NCBI GenBank assembly: GCA_036556085.1 | Contig: DATBKE010000116.1 | Location: forward strand, 2,209-66,208 | Reading direction: 5' to 3' | Length of the DNA: 64,000 nucleotides | Source of the DNA: Acidimicrobiia bacterium | Lineage (GTDB): Bacteria > Actinomycetota > Acidimicrobiia > Spongiisociales > ZC4RG35 | Shown here: piece by piece, positions 9,458-18,322 of the stretch | Position numbering within the stretch: the stretch's first letter is position 1 | How the letters are laid out: every line of letters begins with the position of its first letter | Made by a program: the position numbers and the translations under genes | The notes under the pieces: generated by a model | The model's database searches: none | Told to the model about the DNA's origin: nothing | Seen by the model: only the letters and a program-made list of their open reading frames with translations

Positions 9458-10369
9458 ATGCTTCAAGCAGCCGAGCAACGCGCTTATCAGTTGGCGGGCC
9501 GACAAGCGGGCTATATCACCAGACGACAAGCAATCGCATGCGGGATGTCCGCCGACGCGATCATGCGTCGCGTCAAGGGCGGTCATTGGACTCGCGCAAA
9601 AGCGGGGCTCTATCTCATCCCGGGCTTCGACCTGACTTGGCGCGGCCAGCTGCTGGCGGCGACCGCTGCTCTCGGAGCTGTGGTATCGCACGAGTCAGCG
9701 GCCGAACTTCACCAACTCCCGGGAATCAAGCGCGGGGTAAAGGCTGTGACAGTTCGAACCCGAACGACGAATCGGTTTCCCAACGTCATTGTCCACCAGT
9801 CCACTGACCTCACTTCGGGCTACGTAGTCGAAGTTGAAGGGTTGCCCGTTACCGATGTCGTCCGAACTACTACAGACCTGGCTATAACCCTCGGACCTCG
9901 AACTATCGGCCGCCTCATCGATCACGTTGTCGTCAACAAGCTCGCCCCACTCGACGCATTCATGACCATCGTCGGGGATCTTTCCCGGAGAGGGAAACCG
10001 GGGATGAAAACGATGCATCAAGTGTTGGAACTCAGAGCCGGCGAGGCGTTCCTCGGCGACAGCGAACTAGAGCTCTTCGTCCTGCGCTGCTTGATCCGCT
10101 GGGGCTTTCCAGAGCCGGCCCCCCAGTATTCGTTGCCCTGGAGAACTCCTCGCCGCGGACGGGTCGACTTTGCCTTTCCAGAACTCCGCCTGATCATCGA
10201 GGTTGACGGACGCAAATGGCACACCACCATGGAAGCCTTTGAGGAGGATCGGTTGCGAGACAACCTCGCTCAACTTGCCGGCTGGAGAGTGATCCGGATC
10301 ACATACCGGATGCTGATCGATCGACCGGAAGACGTGAAGCGGATGATCGGGCAGGCGCTCGCTGCCTGA
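9458..10369 (+). CDS. AbiEi-like N-terminal domain / DUF559 (Vsr-like endonuclease fold) protein
   Basis: 303 aa. N-terminus GYITRRQAIACGMSADAIMRRVKGGHWTRAKAGLY (AbiEi_4-type wHTH). C-terminus VDFAFPELRLIIEVDGRKWH...RDNLAQLAGWRVIRITY is typical of DUF559. Confidence 0.85.
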   Translation: MLQAAEQRAYQLAGRQAGYITRRQAIACGMSADAIMRRVKGGHWTRAKAGLYLIPGFDLTWRGQLLAATAALGAVVSHESAAELHQLPGIKRGVKAVTVRTRTTNRFPNVIVHQSTDLTSGYVVEVEGLPVTDVVRTTTDLAITLGPRTIGRLIDHVVVNKLAPLDAFMTIVGDLSRRGKPGMKTMHQVLELRAGEAFLGDSELELFVLRCLIRWGFPEPAPQYSLPWRTPRRGRVDFAFPELRLIIEVDGRKWHTTMEAFEEDRLRDNLAQLAGWRVIRITYRMLIDRPEDVKRMIGQALAA

Positions 10370-10389
10370 CTCTCCATTCTTAATGCAGA

Positions 10390-10422
10390 AACATGCGGAT
10401 ACCGCAGCACTAAGCCTTAGGT
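10390..10422. repeat. right copy of the 33-bp inverted repeat
   Basis: aacatgcggataccgcagcactaagccttaggt. Contains the stop codon of the convergent LLM oxidoreductase gene. Confidence 0.7.
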
Positions 10423-11427
10423 TTGCGCTTGGAGGGTGGGGATGATGGAACGGCCGTACGCCTCCAGGGTGGCGTCCATCTGGTCGTGCATGAGGTAGAT
10501 GGCGAACTGGTCCACCCCCAGCGACTGCAGCTCCTGGAGCCGGGCGAGATGGCTCTCCACCCCACCCAGGAGGCAGAAGCGGTCGATGATCTCGTCGGGG
10601 ACGAAATCGGTGGAGGGGTTGCCGGCTTTGCCGTGATGGTCGTAGTCGTAACCTTCGCGGGCCTTGATGTAGTCGGTCAACGCCGTCGGAACCGAGGTCG
10701 ATTTCTCCCCGTAGCGCTTCACCAAATCGGCGACGTGGTTTCCCACCATGCCCCCGAACCATCTCACCTGATCGCGTTGATGCTCGAGGTCATCTCCCAC
10801 ATAGGCGGGGGCGGCGACGCAGATCGTCAAGGAGTCGGGGTCACGGCCCGCCTCGGATGCCGCCGCCCGGACGGCGCCAATCGTCCATTCGGCGATTTGG
10901 GGATCGGCCAGCTGGAGGATGAAACCGTCGTAGTGGGTTCCCGTCGATGCCAGGGCCTTGGGACCGTAGGCTGCCATCCACACCGGCAGATCGAAGCCCG
11001 AGGAGACCCAGGGGATCGACAATTCCCTGCCGTTGTATTCGACTGGGCGGCCGGCGACGAGATCCTTGATTACCTGCGTAGCCGTGGCCGTCGTTTCGAG
11101 AGTGGTGGGAGTTCGTCCGATGTAGCGAAGGGCGGAGTCGCCCCGACCCATTCCGCACACGAGCCTGGGCCCGTACATGTCTTGCAATGTGGCAAATAGC
11201 GATGCGAGCACCGTCCAGTCACGGGTGCCAGGGTTGGTCACCATGGGGCCCACCTTGAGGCGGGTGGTCTGGGCCAGAATCTGGCTGTAAATCACGAACG
11301 GCTCTTGCCAGAGGACGTGGGAATCGAAGGTCCACGCATAATCGAAGCCAAGCCGCTCGGCTTCAACCGCTCGGGAAATAACCTCCCGGGCGGGCGGGTT
11401 GGTCTGAAGAACGACCCCGAAGTCCAT
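10417..11427 (-). CDS. LLM-class (luciferase-like) oxidoreductase, probably F420-dependent
   Basis: MDFGVVLQTNPPAREVISRAVEAERLGFDYAWTFDSHVLWQEP... is a typical LLM TIM-barrel N-terminus. Start taken at ATG 11427; the track ORF begins at 11466. Confidence 0.85.
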   Translation of the reverse strand: MDFGVVLQTNPPAREVISRAVEAERLGFDYAWTFDSHVLWQEPFVIYSQILAQTTRLKVGPMVTNPGTRDWTVLASLFATLQDMYGPRLVCGMGRGDSALRYIGRTPTTLETTATATQVIKDLVAGRPVEYNGRELSIPWVSSGFDLPVWMAAYGPKALASTGTHYDGFILQLADPQIAEWTIGAVRAAASEAGRDPDSLTICVAAPAYVGDDLEHQRDQVRWFGGMVGNHVADLVKRYGEKSTSVPTALTDYIKAREGYDYDHHGKAGNPSTDFVPDEIIDRFCLLGGVESHLARLQELQSLGVDQFAIYLMHDQMDATLEAYGRSIIPTLQAQT

Positions 11428-11450
11428 AATTTTCACGATAGGCAGGAGGG

Positions 11451-11891
11451 TTGGTGTCACATTCAATTCAGGTCGTCTTCGCCTGCGAGGATCCGAATCG
11501 GCTCGCCGAGTTTTGGGCGGGAGCCTTGGGTTATGTCATCCAGCCGCCACCGGAAGGCTTCGCTTCCTGGGACGACTTCGCCGACTCCGTTGGCATACCC
11601 AGGGAGAAGCGCAATGACCTCTCGGCTGTGATCGACCCCGATGGCAATGGTCCCCGCTTCTTCTTCGAGCGCTATGACGGCGGTCAACCCAACCAGCGGG
11701 TGCACATCGACGTAAATTCGGTGGGAGACGGGGGCGACCTGGCCGATGACCAGCGTCGGGTCCGGCTGGCCGAGGAGCGGGAGCGACTGGAAAGGCTGGG
11801 TGCCGTTTACAAGCGAGAGGCGACAGGCCTGGCTGGCGAGATCTGGATCGAGATGTTCGATCCTGAAGGCAACTGGTTCTGCGTGCAATGA
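11451..11891 (+). CDS. VOC/glyoxalase-like domain protein
   Basis: 146 aa with IQVVFACEDPNRLAEFWAGALGY...VHIDV...DPEGNWFCVQ. AGGAGG lies just upstream; exact start (TTG 11451 or GTG 11454) is uncertain. Confidence 0.75.
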   Translation: MVSHSIQVVFACEDPNRLAEFWAGALGYVIQPPPEGFASWDDFADSVGIPREKRNDLSAVIDPDGNGPRFFFERYDGGQPNQRVHIDVNSVGDGGDLADDQRRVRLAEERERLERLGAVYKREATGLAGEIWIEMFDPEGNWFCVQ

Positions 11892-12913
11892 GCTCCGTCC
11901 TCGAACTCATCCCCCTTTCGATGCCGTGGATCGGGCTCGACCCGTTCATCTTCACCGTGCACCACGTCGATCATTACCCGGCTGGCAACCAGGCCCAGGG
12001 GCCCCAACCCGGGCTGGCGGGACGCCAAATCGGGGCCGACTTCTCGTACCGGGACGGTTGGAGCATGTACCACGGGCGTCAGGTGCCCGGTTTTCCTCAG
12101 CACCCACACCGCGGCTTTGAGACCGTCACCGTCGTTCGGCGCGGGTTCATCGATCATTCCGACTCCCTCGGTGCCACGGCCCGCTTCGGCCATGGCGACA
12201 CCCAGTGGCTGACAGCCGGTGGAGGGATCCAGCACTCAGAAATGTTCCCGCTCATCGATTCCGAGGGAGCGAATGAACTCGAGCTGTTCCAGATCTGGCT
12301 CAACCTCCCGCCGGCCCAAAAGATGGTCCCGCCCTATTTCCGTATGCTCTGGTCGGAGGAAATCCCGACGGTTGTCTCCGAAGACGGCCAGACCAGCGTC
12401 GACATCATCGCCGGCCGATTCGAGCATCACCGAGCTCCCGCTCCCCCGCCCGATTCCTGGGCGGCACGAGATTCTTCCGAACTGGCGATCTGGCTGATCC
12501 GTCTTGGCGCCGGGGCCAGGTGGGATCTCCCCGCTACCCACGCCGGGGTCAACCGCATGCTCCATTTCTTCGATGGAACCGAGGTGGCTATCGATCGGCA
12601 TCGAATCGCTCCTAATACCGGAGCGCGCCTCCGACCTGACCTGGCTACCAGTCTCACCAACCACGGCAGCCCGGCCGAGTTCCTGCTGTTGCAAGGTCAA
12701 CCCATCGGTGCCCCGGTTTTCCAGATGGGTCCATTCGTGATGAACAGTCCGGAGGAAATCTCCCAAGCCGTGCTCGACTACCGACTAACCCAGTTCGGAG
12801 GCTGGCCCTGGCCTTCCACCGAGCCGGTCCATGACCGCCGAGCAGGAAGGTTCGCGATCCACGCCGACGGTCGGCTCGAAGAGCGTGAGCGCGTGCCGCT
12901 CAAAACAGCCTAG
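11888..12913 (+). CDS. pirin family protein
   Basis: 341 aa with HPHRGFETVTVV metal-binding motif and bicupin length. ATGA overlap with the upstream gene. Confidence 0.9.
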   Translation: MSSVLELIPLSMPWIGLDPFIFTVHHVDHYPAGNQAQGPQPGLAGRQIGADFSYRDGWSMYHGRQVPGFPQHPHRGFETVTVVRRGFIDHSDSLGATARFGHGDTQWLTAGGGIQHSEMFPLIDSEGANELELFQIWLNLPPAQKMVPPYFRMLWSEEIPTVVSEDGQTSVDIIAGRFEHHRAPAPPPDSWAARDSSELAIWLIRLGAGARWDLPATHAGVNRMLHFFDGTEVAIDRHRIAPNTGARLRPDLATSLTNHGSPAEFLLLQGQPIGAPVFQMGPFVMNSPEEISQAVLDYRLTQFGGWPWPSTEPVHDRRAGRFAIHADGRLEERERVPLKTA

Positions 12914-12915
12914 GG

Positions 12916-13389
12916 CTATACCTCGTATTCGAGCTCTTCGCCCATCAGGGCGATAACGAGTAGTTGCTGGACACTGGCCAAATATTCGAGGGCCCCACGG
13001 TCATCTTCTTCGAGTCGTTCCATGTCCCCCTCTTCCTCGACCCCCAACCGGGCCGCCAGGGCCAAGCGCGATTCGTTCAACACTCTCATGAATGCCTCGG
13101 CCTCAGCCACCGAGGCCACAGTGCCGGCGGCGGCAGCTTCGAGAATCAGCTCGAAAGCTGAGCGATCGGCGGTCCGTGATTCCCTGAACTCGTCGACCAT
13201 CAGTCGCCACCATTCGTTCGAGGCATCGGCGTCCTCTCGATAGACGGGCGATTGCAGGCGAGCGGCTGCAGGATCGTTGGCCGGGTCCCCGAGACTGTTC
13301 AAGAATTCCGGCAGCTGAGATAGAAGATCGAGGTCCTCAGGAGTGAGCGTGACCAGGATGCCGTCCTCGACCGGAAGGAAGGGGATCAC
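12916..13389 (-). CDS. DUF2017 domain protein (ClpS-associated)
   Basis: 157-aa acidic protein overlapping the clpS stop by 4 nt. This is the position and composition typical of the actinobacterial clpS-DUF2017 pair. Confidence 0.75.
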   Translation of the reverse strand: MIPFLPVEDGILVTLTPEDLDLLSQLPEFLNSLGDPANDPAAARLQSPVYREDADASNEWWRLMVDEFRESRTADRSAFELILEAAAAGTVASVAEAEAFMRVLNESRLALAARLGVEEEGDMERLEEDDRGALEYLASVQQLLVIALMGEELEYEV

Positions 13390-13664
13390 TTTTCGATAGT
13401 GGCCCAGAGACCGTGCTGATGGAGGCGATAAGCGTCCATCTCGGCCTGCTCCCGCGGGCCTTGTGACACGGTGGCCTTGCCCTCGTTGTGCACTGCCAGC
13501 ATCAAGCGCGTAGCCTCCTCGATCGAATGCCCGAACAGCCGACGGAGGACCCAGACCACGTAGTCCATCAGGTTGACCGGATCGTTCCAGACCACCACCT
13601 GCCAGGGGAGGTCCGTATCGGTGACCGTATCGGGCACCGGTCTTTCGAGGGGCTTGGTCGTCAT
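13386..13664 (-). CDS. clpS: ATP-dependent Clp protease adaptor ClpS
   Basis: 92 aa: WQVVVWNDPVNLMDYVVWVLRRLFGHSIEEATRLMLAVHNEGKA. Confidence 0.95.
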   Translation of the reverse strand: MTTKPLERPVPDTVTDTDLPWQVVVWNDPVNLMDYVVWVLRRLFGHSIEEATRLMLAVHNEGKATVSQGPREQAEMDAYRLHQHGLWATIEK

Positions 13665-13700
13665 GCTAGAGAAATCGTATGTTCCCGCAGTGTGTATCGG

Positions 13701-14522
13701 TCAGCGCAGCACGGAGCGATAGGTACCGAGAAACTCGAGGTCGTCGAGGCTCGACGGACGCGGCTCGAAGATGCGCTTGATGCCCTCGGGCCCCGGCAGA
13801 TGGGTCAGGTCGACAAACATCCGGTAGCGCCACGCTTGTTCGGTGGGTCGGGACTCGATGCGCGTCAGATTGGCGCCCCGCAACCCGAGTTCGGTCAGGG
13901 CTAGGGCGAGGGCGCCGGGGGTGTGGGCGGTGGTAAAGGCAACGGTGGTCTTGTCAGCATCGTCGGCGATCTCGGGTTCGCCGGCACTGAGGACGACGAA
14001 ACGGGTTGTGTTGTGGGGCCGGTCGATCACGTCTCGCAGAAGGACCGTTAGTCCGAAAGGCTCTGCAGCTCTCTCCGGGCCCAAGGCGGCGCTCGTCGAG
14101 GTGCCCGATTCGGACACGATCCTCACCGCGCCGGCGGTGTCGTGCGCCGGAACGGAGCTCCATCCCCAGTGAGTCAATATTGCTTCGGCCTGCGCCAACG
14201 CCTCGGGATGGGAGTGCACCTCTCTGATGTCTTCTAATGAAGCTCCGTGATGCCCCAAGAGCACATGACGAACTTCCACCAGATGCTCGCGGACGATCTT
14301 CACCTGTCCGGGAAGAAGTCGGTCCAAAACCGCGAGGACACTCCCGGTGGTCGAATTCTCGATCGGCATGACGAGGAGATCGACCCCTCCCGATTGGAGT
14401 GAGTCGAAGGCGGCGACGAAGGTCGAAAAGCCCTCCCGGCTCTCGTCGGGGTAGAGCTCCTGGGCGGCCTGGTCGGAGTATGAATAGTCCTCGCCTTGAA
14501 AGCCGATGCGCACCGCAGGCAA
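13701..14522 (-). CDS. pheA: prephenate dehydratase
   Basis: VRIGFQGEDYSYSDQAA..., TRF and ESRPT motifs, C-terminal ACT domain. The N-terminal 88 codons of track ORF 13701-14786 overlap the upstream lipoprotein gene. Probable start is TTG 14522 or GTG 14513. Confidence 0.85.
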   Translation of the reverse strand: MPAVRIGFQGEDYSYSDQAAQELYPDESREGFSTFVAAFDSLQSGGVDLLVMPIENSTTGSVLAVLDRLLPGQVKIVREHLVEVRHVLLGHHGASLEDIREVHSHPEALAQAEAILTHWGWSSVPAHDTAGAVRIVSESGTSTSAALGPERAAEPFGLTVLLRDVIDRPHNTTRFVVLSAGEPEIADDADKTTVAFTTAHTPGALALALTELGLRGANLTRIESRPTEQAWRYRMFVDLTHLPGPEGIKRIFEPRPSSLDDLEFLGTYRSVLR

Positions 14523-14536
14523 CTTAACGTCTGCTA

Positions 14537-15052
14537 CTACTCCCCACTTAACCCCAAGGCGGCGGCGCACGCTTCGACCGCAGGCCCAAAATCGGGATCC
14601 TCGGTGGGGATCTGCTCGGGAGGAAAAGGAGCAAACGTGCCATCGAAGTCGGCGACTGGGTCGGGGAAGTCCTCCACCCCGCTCGCCCGCATGCATCCGG
14701 CATAGTCCTGAAGCTGGGCGCGAACCATCACTCGCAGGCCAGGCGAATTCTCCAATCCCAGGAATTCGCTCAGAGGTCCGGCACAAAGAGTGACCGCCTG
14801 ACGAAAGCTCGGATCGGTGGCGACATCCCCGGCGAGAGCACCCATGTCAGGACGACCCTCATCGTCGACCGCGATCTCAGAGAGGTCGAAGCCGGCGGCC
14901 TGCATGCAGGCCCCAAACACTGCCACCGCCTCGCCCGCAGTTGCGGGCGCGGCCGTGGTGGTTGGGGGCAGGGTCGACTCCGAGACCTCGGTGGTCGGCG
15001 CCGAACAGCCCACCAAGCAAGCCAGAAGGGTCCCCCCAACGAACCGTCGCAT
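14537..15052 (-). CDS. secreted lipoprotein, unknown function
   Basis: MRRFVGGTLLACLVGCSAPTT lipobox, Thr/Pro/Ala linker, and two Cys-containing repeats (GACMQAAGFD / AGCMRASGVEDFPDP). Confidence 0.7.
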   Translation of the reverse strand: MRRFVGGTLLACLVGCSAPTTEVSESTLPPTTTAAPATAGEAVAVFGACMQAAGFDLSEIAVDDEGRPDMGALAGDVATDPSFRQAVTLCAGPLSEFLGLENSPGLRVMVRAQLQDYAGCMRASGVEDFPDPVADFDGTFAPFPPEQIPTEDPDFGPAVEACAAALGLSGE

Positions 15053-15087
15053 CGAATTCGAGCCTAGGTCGCACCTAGGTTTGTCGA

Positions 15088-15315
15088 TTAGCGGCGGTGA
15101 CGCGCCCTTCCGAATCCGGCCTCAGATCCGGCTTCCTCAAGCTTGAGGGAGAACAGCGTCGGGCGGCGCGCGCCGAAGACCTTGGTTGCATCGGCCACAC
15201 CCTGTGCCCGGCTCTCAGTGAGGTCGACCTGAACGGCACCACATCGACTGCATTTGCTGCGATTCCCTGTCGTCACGTAGTCGTGCGCGCTAGCGCACGA
15301 GCGAATAATCGTCAT
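15088..15315 (-). CDS. small hypothetical protein, possible Cys4-type zinc ribbon
   Basis: 75 aa with a good SD (GGGAGGTAGGGG) 4 nt before the ATG and Cys residues spaced C-x(15)-CxxC. No family recognised. Confidence 0.4.
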   Translation of the reverse strand: MTIIRSCASAHDYVTTGNRSKCSRCGAVQVDLTESRAQGVADATKVFGARRPTLFSLKLEEAGSEAGFGRARHRR

Positions 15316-15410
15316 TTGCCCCTACCTCCCAGATCAATCGACCATCACTCTAAGTGACGGTCGGCCAGGGAGCAGGTAACCAGCCGCGATTGCACCGCCG
15401 GCACTAGCTA

Positions 15411-17489
15411 TCAATCGTTGACGAGCATCATCGCCAAATCCCGGACCCGGACGTCCTCGCCCTTCCCCAACTCTTTGATGCCATCGTCAAGCATCACGTA
15501 ACAGAAGGGACAGGAGACAGCGACCTCACTGGCCCCGGTCGCCAAGGCTTCCTCCGCCCTTTCGATGTTGATTTTCTTGCCGGTGTGCTCTTCCATCCAG
15601 AACCGGGCACCCCCCGCACCGCAGCAAAGGGCCCTGGTGCCGTGACGGCGCATCTCCACTAGCTCTGCGCCAGTCGCCGCCGCCACCTCACGAGGCGCCA
15701 GATAGATGTCGTTGTGCCGGCCGAGGTAGCAGGGGTCGTGATAAGTGGTTTTCCGAGCCGATCCATTGCCACCGAAAGTGATCTGTTGCCGGGTCAGGAG
15801 GTCGGCCAGGAGTTGGGAATGGTGGACGACCTCGTACTCCCCGCCCATCTGCGGATACTCGTTGGCCAGAGTGTTGAAGCAGTGCGGGCATTGCGTGATG
15901 ATCTTCTGCACCCCTCGGGCCGCAAACGTCTCGATGTTCTGAGTCGCCAGCTGCTGCCACAGATACTCATTGCCGGCGCGACGGGCGGGATCGCCGTTGC
16001 AGACCTCGGCGGTGCCGAGGATGGCGAAATCGATTCCGGCCTGGTGCAACAACTTGGCCAACGCGATCGACACGGCCATGTTGCGATCATCGAATGATCC
16101 CGCACAACCGACGAACCAGAGATACTCGGCGCTGTCGGCATCCTCGCCCAGGATCGGAACATGGAAGTCGAGGGCTGCCGTCCAGGACCCGCGCTTTTCC
16201 TTGCTCATGCCCCAAGGATTGCCCTGGTTCTCCATCGCCACGAAGGCCTTCGAGAGCTCGCTCGGAAAGGAGGACTCCATCATGGTCAGGTAGCGACGGA
16301 TGTCGAGGATTCGATCGAGAATCTCGATATTGACCGGGCAGATCTCGTCGCACGCTCGACAAGCGGTGCACGACCACACTTCCTCGGGCCGGACTCTTTG
16401 CATCACGTTGTCCCCGGTGATTTCGATGCCGTCGACAAGGCTCACGGGCGGTGAGACTCCGGCACTGACGGCGGCCACCTCCCCCACCTTGAGAACCATC
16501 TCACGAGGGTCCAAGGGCTTGCCGGTGATGTTGGCCGGACAGACCGCGGTGCAGCGGCCACAAATCGTGCACGCGTCGGTGTCGAAGAGCTGTTTCCAGG
16601 TGAAATCGCTCACCACCGAAGCGCCGATGGTGTCGATGTCTTCGACCTCAGCCAGGTTGACTACCGGCCGCATCGCTCCCTTGGGCCGACCGTGCGGCGA
16701 GAGGAACATGTTCGTTGGGCTCGTCAGCATGTGCCGGAGCTTGGTGGTCGGCAGGATGACGAGAAAGGCCAAGAAAGCGGCGGCGTGCACGATCCACGAG
16801 GTGAGATGAACCGTCCCCGCCGCCGAATCCGGAACTAGGAATGACAGCGGATATCCCACTGCCGACCAGCGCTCGAAGCCAGGACGCCCGTATAGGGCGA
16901 TTCGAGCCGCCTCAGTGGTGAGGCCGGTGACTCCCAGCAACGCCAGCGTGATGAGATTCCACGCATCCTCGGGCTTGGTCTTCGAGCGGAGGCGCCAAGG
17001 CCGCTGCAGGTAGCGGCGAACGAATGCCCAAGCCAGGCCGCCGAGGAACACCAGCGAAGTGAGGTCGAGAATCAGCGAGTACCCGAGATATACCCCGCCC
17101 TCGAGGAATTTGAGGTTGTTGGGTAACAGGTGGTCGATCTCGAGAATGACCGTGCCGGCAAAGAGGATCAAAAACCCGAAATAGATCATCGAGTGCATCA
17201 AGCCGGCCGCCCGATCCCGCAGCAGAGTCTGCATGGAGAGGCCGCGGAAAAGCTGGCGCACTCTCTCTCGCCAACGACCGGACCGGGGATCGCGGGCACC
17301 TCTCTCCCACGATCGCGCACGTAGGAAAAAGAGCGCTCCCGCCAGAGCAATGAAGGCGGCGGTAGTGACGTAGAAGACCGCTTGCAGCCATCCCGGGACG
17401 TTGCCGAACACGACCCGTCCCACCTCGGGTTCGACGACCTCGTGCAAGGTCCCCAGATACCCGAGCAGGACCGCCCCTAGCGCACCCAC
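15411..17489 (-). CDS. membrane-anchored (Fe-S)-binding reductase (HdrD/GlpC/DsrK-like, two 4Fe-4S motifs plus CCG domains)
   Basis: 692 aa. About 6 N-terminal TM helices, CTICGRCTAVCP and CTACRACDEICP ferredoxin motifs, and C-terminal Cys-rich CCG repeats (ALCCGAGG). Confidence 0.85.
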   Translation of the reverse strand: MGALGAVLLGYLGTLHEVVEPEVGRVVFGNVPGWLQAVFYVTTAAFIALAGALFFLRARSWERGARDPRSGRWRERVRQLFRGLSMQTLLRDRAAGLMHSMIYFGFLILFAGTVILEIDHLLPNNLKFLEGGVYLGYSLILDLTSLVFLGGLAWAFVRRYLQRPWRLRSKTKPEDAWNLITLALLGVTGLTTEAARIALYGRPGFERWSAVGYPLSFLVPDSAAGTVHLTSWIVHAAAFLAFLVILPTTKLRHMLTSPTNMFLSPHGRPKGAMRPVVNLAEVEDIDTIGASVVSDFTWKQLFDTDACTICGRCTAVCPANITGKPLDPREMVLKVGEVAAVSAGVSPPVSLVDGIEITGDNVMQRVRPEEVWSCTACRACDEICPVNIEILDRILDIRRYLTMMESSFPSELSKAFVAMENQGNPWGMSKEKRGSWTAALDFHVPILGEDADSAEYLWFVGCAGSFDDRNMAVSIALAKLLHQAGIDFAILGTAEVCNGDPARRAGNEYLWQQLATQNIETFAARGVQKIITQCPHCFNTLANEYPQMGGEYEVVHHSQLLADLLTRQQITFGGNGSARKTTYHDPCYLGRHNDIYLAPREVAAATGAELVEMRRHGTRALCCGAGGARFWMEEHTGKKINIERAEEALATGASEVAVSCPFCYVMLDDGIKELGKGEDVRVRDLAMMLVND

Positions 17490-17571
17490 GCCAGCCAGCG
17501 GCCCGATGAGGGCCGACGCCTTCAGCCGTTTCTCGGTCTCGGGAGCCTGCGCCTCTTCTTCTAGGTGAGTG

Positions 17572-18285
17572 TCAAGCGAGGCCGAGCTCCTTCTTCAACT
17601 CCTCGAGACGGGCGTCGGCCTGGGCCATCGAGACAGCCTCGCGCAACTCGCTCTCTGCCCCTTCCGGCGTCGCTTCGCGTAGTTCGGCACGGGCCTGCGC
17701 CTCCGACAACCGGCGTTGGATCTTTTCCTCGACCTTGTCGAGACTGGGAGCGTTGGTTTCCATCGAGACCGAAATCGTCTCGACGGCTCGGTTGACTGCT
17801 TCTTGCATACGAGCCTGCTCCAGCTGTCCCACGAGCTGCATGCGCTTGGCCGCCAGCTCCTGAAGGCGCATGGCGTTTTGGGTGACAGCGCTTTTAGCGG
17901 AGTCCGCTTGCGTGATTGCGATCTCGTACTGCTCTTTGAACCCCTCCAAGTTCGACTCGGCGGCCTGCAATTTGAGGGCGACAGATTGGGCGGCGTTGGT
18001 CCACTTGGTCTGGCTGGCGGTGTCTCCCGAGTTCTTGGCCGACTCCGCCTTCAGCAAGGCTTGCTTGGCGATCTCGCGAGCCTCGCCGACATCCTTGGCC
18101 GAGTCTTCGATCTTGGCTTCGATCTGAGTGCGGTGAGCGATGACCTTGGCCGCTTGGTTTCGCAGCTCCTGGTCTCTCCTCTTGGCTTCGTTTATCGCCT
18201 GTTCGATCTCGACTGACGGATCCATGGCTCGTTCGGCGGCCATGCCAAAAAGAGTTCGCAGGTAGTTCCAGATGCGCCGCAGCAT
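17572..18285 (-). CDS. pspA: PspA/IM30 family protein
   Basis: ATG 18285 gives a 237-aa coiled-coil protein, MLRRIWNYLRTLFGMAAERAMDPSVEIEQAINEAKRRDQELRNQAAKV... The track ORF's 107-codon N-terminal extension overlaps the upstream gene. Confidence 0.9.
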   Translation of the reverse strand: MLRRIWNYLRTLFGMAAERAMDPSVEIEQAINEAKRRDQELRNQAAKVIAHRTQIEAKIEDSAKDVGEAREIAKQALLKAESAKNSGDTASQTKWTNAAQSVALKLQAAESNLEGFKEQYEIAITQADSAKSAVTQNAMRLQELAAKRMQLVGQLEQARMQEAVNRAVETISVSMETNAPSLDKVEEKIQRRLSEAQARAELREATPEGAESELREAVSMAQADARLEELKKELGLA

Positions 18286-18322
18286 TTGTCGCCTTTCGTG
18301 TCCGGTCGGCGAGGATACCGGG

